A stretch of 64,000 bases of DNA from Bdellovibrionales bacterium (GTDB lineage Bacteria; Bdellovibrionota; Bdellovibrionia; Bdellovibrionales; UBA1609), in the NCBI GenBank assembly GCA_965261545.1, contig CBDHDF010000010.1, forward strand, positions 448,001-512,000, written 5' to 3'. Both the position numbers and the translations under genes were made by a program. Shown piece by piece: positions 58,377 to 64,000 of this stretch (position 1 is the first letter of the stretch; each line of letters begins with the position of its first letter). The notes under the pieces are model-generated. The model did not search any database. It worked only from the letters and a program-made list of their open reading frames with translations, and had not been told where the DNA came from.

Positions 58377-60202
58377 GAGCCTGTAAACTATTTTGTGTAA
58401 CTGCCGAATCATATTAGGATGAACTATCATCCTGAAAGGAGAAGGCAGAATGGATATCAAGACAATAGGCAAGGAACTAGCGAAGAACGTCAAGACCCAA
58501 AAGGATTTATCCGACATAACGGGTCAACTGATGAAGGTTGTTTTAGAGACAGCTCTTAATGCGGAAATGGACGATCACCTAGGTTATGAGAGGCATGAGA
58601 AGTCTGAGACCCGCAAATCCAACACTCGCAATGGTTACAGTAGAAAGACCATAAAGGGAGAGAAAGGCGAGGTGGAGCTTCAGGTCCCCCGTGACCGAAG
58701 TGCCTCCTTTGAGCCCCAAGTCATTCCCAAAGGCAAGACTCGTCTTGAGGGCTTTGAAGACAGTATTCTGACCCTCTATGCGAGGGGAATGACGACCAGG
58801 GATATTCAAGGAGCTATCAAAGACCTCTACCATGGTGCAGAGATATCCCACTCAGTGATAGCCAACGTGACGGATGCTGTTATTGATGAAGTTACGGCTT
58901 GGCAGAACCGCCCCTTGGATAGCACTTACCCTATCGTATTTTTGGACTGTATCGTGGTGAAGGTCCATCAAGACAAGAGAGTTATTAATAAGGCGATTTA
59001 CCTAGCTCTTGGTATTACAGAGGAGGGTCAGAAAGACTTGTTGGGCCTATGGATTTCTGAAAATGAGGGTTCAAAGTTTTGGTTGAGTGTTTTGACTGAG
59101 CTGCAAAATCGAGGGTTGAAAGACGTATTTATATTTTCTGTAGATGGTCTTACAGGTTTTCCTCAAGCCATTTCAGCGGCTTTTCCCAAGTCTAAAGTGC
59201 AACTGTGCATTGTCCATATGGTCCGCAATTCCCTTCGCTATGTCCCTTCCAAGGATATGAAAGCTGTCGCCCAAGACCTCAAGTCCATTTATGGCTCTAC
59301 GACTCTGACAGAAGCTGAAAAGGCCCTTGAGGAATTTTGTACCAAGTGGTCTTCAAAGTATCCGAATATTGAAAAGTCTTGGCGTAGGAATTGGGACAAT
59401 CTCATCACTATTTTCGATTATCCGGATGAAATCAGAAAGATTTTTTATACCACAAACGCCATAGAGTCGTTAAATAGCGTGATCCGCAAGGCGATCAGAA
59501 ATCGTAAGATATTTCCCAGTGATCGGTCGGCTTTAAAAGTTGTATATTTAGCGATAAAAATGGCCTCTAAGCGATGGACACGACCATTACACAACTGGAA
59601 GCCAGCCATGAACAGGTTTGCCATTGAATACGGTGACCGTTTTGACAACTAAGTTTTTTAATAAGGTCCACCACCTGCCTTATAAGGGGGCTTAAAAGCC
59701 CCTCTAAGGCGTTGACAGAAGTACTGGAATACCGAGACTATGGTTAGGGTAATATAGTATGGGAACCTAAATACATGCCCTCTTGGTGCAGATTTGGGTT
59801 TCCATTTTTTTTCATGTTTCATCCCAATGCTGGTATTTCTCGAATATCCCAAGTTAAAAAAAATAAAAAAAAGGGGGTAATATAGTATGGGAACCTAAAC
59901 ACATGAACCCTTTGATGAGATTGGAATTTCCATTTTTTTGAGAGAGCTATTGCTGATTTTTTTCCAATCAAGATGATAATTATTTATTTGAGTTCTTTCC
60001 AGTTCTGATATGATCCCATTACGGCTCCATCTCCCCATTAAATTATAATGCATTGTGACTGACAAAATCGCTTGAAGGAAAAAATGTCAATTATACATTG
60101 ACGAATAATATGGGGCTGTGCTTTTTACTAGGAGTGGAGCCACATAAGTGGCTTTAAGATTTAAGAAAAAAATTGCAGTTACACAATTATTTTTACAGTC
60201 CC
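58377..60202 (+). mobile_element. Complete IS256-family element, 1826 bp, with 8-bp TSD
   Basis: Left TIR GAGCCTGTAAACTATTTTGTGTAACTGC; right TIR (reverse complement) GGGACTGTAAAAATAATTGTGTAACTGC; ATATTTTA duplicated at 58369-58376 and 60203-60210. Confidence 0.93.
58450..59652 (+). CDS. IS256-family (Mutator-like) DDE transposase
   Basis: RNGY, VPRDR, LYARGMTTRDI, FLDCI, VDGLTGF, QLCIVH, YTTNAIES. Confidence 0.97.
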   Translation: MDIKTIGKELAKNVKTQKDLSDITGQLMKVVLETALNAEMDDHLGYERHEKSETRKSNTRNGYSRKTIKGEKGEVELQVPRDRSASFEPQVIPKGKTRLEGFEDSILTLYARGMTTRDIQGAIKDLYHGAEISHSVIANVTDAVIDEVTAWQNRPLDSTYPIVFLDCIVVKVHQDKRVINKAIYLALGITEEGQKDLLGLWISENEGSKFWLSVLTELQNRGLKDVFIFSVDGLTGFPQAISAAFPKSKVQLCIVHMVRNSLRYVPSKDMKAVAQDLKSIYGSTTLTEAEKALEEFCTKWSSKYPNIEKSWRRNWDNLITIFDYPDEIRKIFYTTNAIESLNSVIRKAIRNRKIFPSDRSALKVVYLAIKMASKRWTRPLHNWKPAMNRFAIEYGDRFDN

Positions 60203-60210
60203 ATATTTTA

Positions 60211-60419
60211 CATTTTTGTATTTCCTGTAGGGTTTAAATTTTTCTTCAGACTTCAAAACTCCTAATGCTAAAGCAGCTATTCTTCTTGAAATGGCGTTCC
60301 TGGCTTTGTGTGGTGGATAATTTCTTTCTGTAATTAACTGCTCATACCAGTCATTGAATTCATTTTTCCCACCAATAACTGTCAATGCAGCCACCTTAAA
60401 AACACATTTCATTTGCCGA
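60211..60419 (-). pseudogene. IS110-family transposase C-terminal fragment, cut by IS21 on one side and IS256 on the other
   Basis: RQMKCVFKVAALTVIGGKNEFNDWYEQL...KARNAISRRIAALALGVLKSEEKF resembles the IS110 (Transposase_20) C-terminal helices. Confidence 0.72.
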
Positions 60420-61087
60420 TGTTAGGCGCCAATTAAAATTGGCCATTTTTAGAAGCCGTCGCCAATGAAAAACGGCCAGTTGATGATGTACTGATTTAGT
60501 TATTCTTCGTTCAGAGTTTAGTCAAGTGTCTTTATTTTGCTCATCATTTAACTCCGACTATGCCACAAGATTCTGAGGAATGATTTTCTGCCCACCACTT
60601 TTGGCATGACCCCAAATGCATCCTTCAGCCCTATGGCAGAGGTAAATGGAGTATTTTTCAGGATTCCTTGGCGCAGCTAATGTCTAAAGCTCCGCAAGAG
60701 TGACGAGCAAATAGTACGGTAAAAGCCAGTTATCCATAAATTTATCCATGGCGACACTGCGGCTGTGACCCCGATGTCTAGCAACGCAGTGCTGCTGGTG
60801 TGCCCAGCACAATATAGGAGGTAACGACTATAGAAAGCTGACATGATGATGGTGGTAGGTCCACCGTTCTCGATTTACAGGAATTGGGAACAAACAACCC
60901 TAAGCTGCGCAGGGGGCAAGACCTGGGTGGTGAGCGTTAGGGAAAAGGCCAGAATAACTGGTCATGTGTAGTCTGTGAAGATGAGCGAAAGCGAACCATC
61001 GATGAGGCGTCGAAAATGCGTTAGTTGCTGTCAAAACCAAGGTCCCGGTAGTACCTTGGGATAAACTCGGAAGGTACCTGATTACTG

Positions 61088-63248
61088 GTCGAGTAGGGAA
61101 GGAGGTTTCCCCCCTTCCCCCTCCCAGAGCCGAACGTGCGCAACTAACGCATTCGGCTCCTCTGATTATAGGTTCACTGCTTGGTTGGGATAGGCGCACC
61201 GACTCTCACTAGTGTGAAAGTTTTCCAGCTTTCCTTACTAGACATTCCATTGGAATTGCTGGAAGGGGCGCCTAATCCTTGGTATGGGTAACGGGAAGCG
61301 CTTCAACAATCGGTTGTACGCCTCCCAGTTGATCTGGCGTCTTTGCGTCCTCCTCATGAGCCACTTTTTCCAAATTCTGATGACCACCCGGTAGAACCGC
61401 TTTATGTTGCGGTAGTTCCCGGGTATACCATAATAGGCATAGTGACCGTAGAGAAACTGCTGCAAACGGTTGGCTTGATGCTTGAGGGGAGCATGACGAT
61501 GCCGTTTACACCAGAGGCTTACGGATGCAAGCCCCCGATCCAGACGACTTTTCATCGTGCCTCGAAAGACAACCCAGTTTCCCTTCAGAGATTTCCTCCA
61601 TGTGTGGCTGAAACCTAAGAAGTCGAACGACTGGATTTTTCTCACGTCCCTCTCGTATCCCTTGAGGTTCGTGCGGGAAATACGGTAGGGAGGAGGGCGG
61701 AAATCTACGATCCGAGACTTCTCGGGGTGCATTGTTAGCCCAAATCGAGCAAGTCTTTTTGGCAACACCTCGTAGATTCGCCGTGCGTCCTCTTCCCTCT
61801 GGAATCCCATCACGAAGTCGTCGCAGTATCGAGCCATAAACCCGTATCCTTTGAGTCGTGGTTTGACATCCTTCTCAAACCATTCATCTAAGACATAATG
61901 GAGAAATACGTTAGCCATGAGCGGGGAAGCCACCCCACCTTGCGGTGTACCTGATATCGGCTTGGTGGTTCGCCCCTTATCCATGATCTCTGCATTCAGC
62001 CATTTGTCTATCAACCGACGGATCACTCCGTCTCGCACTCGCTTGGCGAGAATCTTACGAAGCTCAGAATGAGAGATGGTATCAAAGAATTTCTGGATAT
62101 CAATATCTAATACCCAGTAGGCTCGATGGTCCATCATTTCATTGCGAATTCCCTCTAGTGCTTGGTGGCATGATCTTCCAGGACGGAAGCCATAGGAGCA
62201 GTTGTAGAATTCCTGCTCATACACCGCTTCAAGAACCATCACGACAGCTCTTTGAGCTACCTTGTCCTCGATCGTCGGGATGCCTAGTGGGCGCAGACTT
62301 CCATCGGCCTTGGGAATGTAGTGACGTCTGATTTTGGGCGCACGATAGCTCCCAGATTTCAGGCGTCCGAGAAGATTTTGAAGATTTTCCTCAAGCTTCT
62401 CTTCGTACTCCTTCGCCGTTATGTTATCTACACCTACCGCCCCATCCTTTCGGGTGAGACGCCACGCCTCTTTCAACCAATCTATGGTGATAAAGTGGTT
62501 GAGGGAAATTATAGCTTTGCCCTTCGTGTGTCTCGCTATCTCTGCTATCCGAGATTTTTTCGTTGACACTATCTTGGTTGGATTCAATGTTCCTCCTAAT
62601 GTTTCAAAATACTCGAGTCTATAATCAGGTTAGCCCTTCCCTCGTTTGGGTCCCCTGCAAGTTCAGGTTCCCCACTCTCAACGGTACTATGGCTACCTCC
62701 GACTCCCTACAACCCATCGCCAGTCCCTTATTGATTCGTTGTGGCTACCTTGGCACGGAGATTCTTTTCGCTGCGGGTTCTGACATCTCCGTTTGCAGAA
62801 CTCGCCCTAGGTTTTTTTTCACAGGATACCGACCTGCTTGCACGCCTCGGAGGTTGTAGGGCCTCCTGTGTTACTAGGTCACCTCGATACACATTCGCCC
62901 CGCTCTACGACCCCGGCAGAATTCACACGACCTCGCTCATCTATGGGCGTGCAAATGTTGCCCCCCATTCTCGACACTCGAAGGGCTTCTGCAATTTCGT
63001 TCTGTTTCGTGGCTCAATCACGCGGCTTTTGCATCGCTGTTTACGCTTTACGGATGTTGTTCCACCTCCCACCCCTCACCATTCGGTGTCGAGGTTTCAT
63101 GATGTCCGTGTCCGCACAAAACTCGCTTCCAGTCGGGTGAGCTAGCCCTTACTGGGTGGGGTTCCAACCCACAAGATGACTTCAAAGGATTTCAAAACTT
63201 CATTTCCTATTCCATTCATTCCTCCTTTCTAGCCTTTGCACAGCGCAC
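61088..63248 (-). mobile_element. RT-encoding group II intron (IIB, class E/F-like), 2161 nt
   Basis: Minus strand 5' GTGCGCTG; DV GAGCCGAATGCGTTAGTTGCGCACGTTCGGCTC; 3' end CCTACTCGAC; EBS1 candidate GTCGAG pairs with IBS1 CTCGGC. Confidence 0.92.
61238..62587 (-). CDS. ltrA: Group II intron reverse transcriptase/maturase without endonuclease domain
   Basis: GAVGVD, IPKADGSLRPLGIPTIEDK, SYGFRPGRS, DIQKFFD, GTPQGG, RYCDD, FDFLGF, maturase domain; no HNH domain. Confidence 0.96.
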   Translation of the reverse strand: MNPTKIVSTKKSRIAEIARHTKGKAIISLNHFITIDWLKEAWRLTRKDGAVGVDNITAKEYEEKLEENLQNLLGRLKSGSYRAPKIRRHYIPKADGSLRPLGIPTIEDKVAQRAVVMVLEAVYEQEFYNCSYGFRPGRSCHQALEGIRNEMMDHRAYWVLDIDIQKFFDTISHSELRKILAKRVRDGVIRRLIDKWLNAEIMDKGRTTKPISGTPQGGVASPLMANVFLHYVLDEWFEKDVKPRLKGYGFMARYCDDFVMGFQREEDARRIYEVLPKRLARFGLTMHPEKSRIVDFRPPPYRISRTNLKGYERDVRKIQSFDFLGFSHTWRKSLKGNWVVFRGTMKSRLDRGLASVSLWCKRHRHAPLKHQANRLQQFLYGHYAYYGIPGNYRNIKRFYRVVIRIWKKWLMRRTQRRQINWEAYNRLLKRFPLPIPRIRRPFQQFQWNV

Positions 63249-63657
63249 GCCGAGTGGCAGCCGGCGTAAAGGTGGCATGAGCACAGACTTGGCGTCGTGT
63301 TGGAACTGGGGAACCTACTGGTGGATGTTAAGGGAACGGCTATAAGGTGGAAACCGAAGGGCAAATACCGATGACACCAGATAGGGGCAGAGAGACTCGT
63401 AGTAGTGAAGAAGGTTCTGTAACGGAGCTGGAGCGAAGGGGTCTCCTAATATGTGAGGAAACACTAACCAGTCGGACACTCTGTGGTCCATTTAAATGGT
63501 TTACAATAGTGGAACCTCGCAAATATTAGAGGAGCCGTATGACGGGAGACTGTCACGTACGTGTCTGTGAGGGGCAGTGGGGGAAGCTCCCACTGTCTAC
63601 TCGATTGGATAAATTTTGTGGATAACTGGCGAGTTCCTTCCCCAAAAGTGGGGATCT

Positions 63658-64000
63658 CTAATGAACTTCTTTGGTTGAACTTTCCTCTTTGCTCTGTTTA
63701 GACTTGGCTTTTGCCGATTCGGTTCTCCAACTTTCTTTTCCTTCAATGTTGAGGGTTTCACAGTTGTGAATGATTCGATCAACAGCAGCAGCGGTGGTAA
63801 TAGGGTTAAGAAACACCTTATCCCATTCAGAGTATGTTAAGTTTGTAGTGATCATGAGACTTTTCCTTTCATATCGCTGAGATATGAATTGAAAGAAAAG
63901 ATCTGCCCCCTCTGTGCAGGAAGCTGTATAGCCAAGTTCATCACAAGCAATAAGATCAAAACGGTCTAATTTCTTAAAAAGAGCATTCAATGAGAGTTCT
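63658..64000 (-). CDS. istB: IS21 helper ATPase IstB, C-terminal part
   Basis: DLIACDELGY, LFFQFISQRYERKSLMITTNL, AAAVDRIIH, GKESWR. Confidence 0.95.
   Translation of the reverse strand, partial: ELSLNALFKKLDRFDLIACDELGYTASCTEGADLFFQFISQRYERKSLMITTNLTYSEWDKVFLNPITTAAAVDRIIHNCETLNIEGKESWRTESAKAKSKQSKEESSTKEVH

Larger units (their letters stand above)
60798..63605 (+). ncRNA. ORF-less group II intron (IIB, RmInt1/class D-like), 647 nt in two pieces (60798-61087 and 63249-63605)
   Basis: 5' GTGTGCCCAG; class D-like domain I; EBS1 CGGTAGT pairs with IBS1 GCTGCTG; EBS2 TGCGTT pairs with IBS2 AACGCA; DV GAGCCGTATGACGGGAGACTGTCACGTACG; 3' end CTACTCGAT; short DIV with no ORF. Confidence 0.88.
60725..63630. 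promoter_or_regulatory. DnaA-box palindrome split by an intron (segments 60725-60797 and 63606-63630)
   Basis: GCCAGTTATCCATAAATTTATCCATGGCGACACTGCG...CGCAGTGCTGCTG|TGGATAAATTTTGTGGATAACTGGC. Confidence 0.8.
60420..64000 (-). mobile_element. IS21-family element, right part; continues beyond the window
   Basis: End TGTTAGGCGCCAATTAAAATTGGCCATTTT...TCGCCAATGAAAAACGGCCAGTT (TGT terminus plus internal repeats) at 60420-60481; istB at the window edge. Confidence 0.85.

Noticed and set aside
59747..59939. Mini-CRISPR interpretation of the two IS256 internal repeats
   Set aside because: There are only two long units with T-tracts and no cas genes; kept instead as a structured-RNA candidate.
60179..60412. 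77-aa ORF as an independent gene
   Set aside because: It is a transposase fragment whose last residues (GTVKIIV) come from the IS256 TIR.
61238..62587. RT as a retron, DGR or defence RT; YCDD as an inactive site
   Set aside because: It lies inside a full group II intron with DV/DVI and has a maturase domain; YCDD keeps both catalytic aspartates.
60900..63529. Small ORFs 60900-61199, 62563-62859, 62741-63145, 62838-63140 and 63347-63529
   Set aside because: They overlap ribozyme domains and cross intron junctions, so they are chance frames.

Overview
This is a chromosomal segment of a Bdellovibrionota (Bdellovibrionales-like) bacterium, inferred from gene content. Bases 1-36.9 kb are mostly housekeeping genes: sohB (partial), tlyA, ispA, xseBA, mfd, a KamA-family radical SAM enzyme, an NtrY-like kinase, riboflavin genes, rny, pilT, rplU-rpmA-obgE-nadD/rsfS-rlmH-comM, pyrC, an M16C peptidase, lepB, gshA and phhA. 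Bases 37-55 kb hold an Agl-Glt gliding-motility cluster, tRNA-Asn, a CglB-like vWA lipoprotein and a second AglR/Q/S-like motor triplet. These are followed by a subtilase and a DUF285 pseudogene. The last 6 kb are nested mobile elements whose junctions can be reconstructed to the base. An IS110-family remnant is interrupted by an IS256 (28-bp TIRs, 8-bp TSD, about 520 nt of structured non-coding cargo) and by an IS21. Inside the IS21, an ORF-less group II intron sits in a DnaA-box palindrome, and an RT-encoding group II intron is inserted antisense inside that intron. The other main oddities are an in-frame RibB-(RibA stub)-RibH fusion with no ribA or ribD at the locus, and many short tandem duplications at gene ends and inside core proteins. 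All family calls come from motif recognition by eye; no database searches were run.
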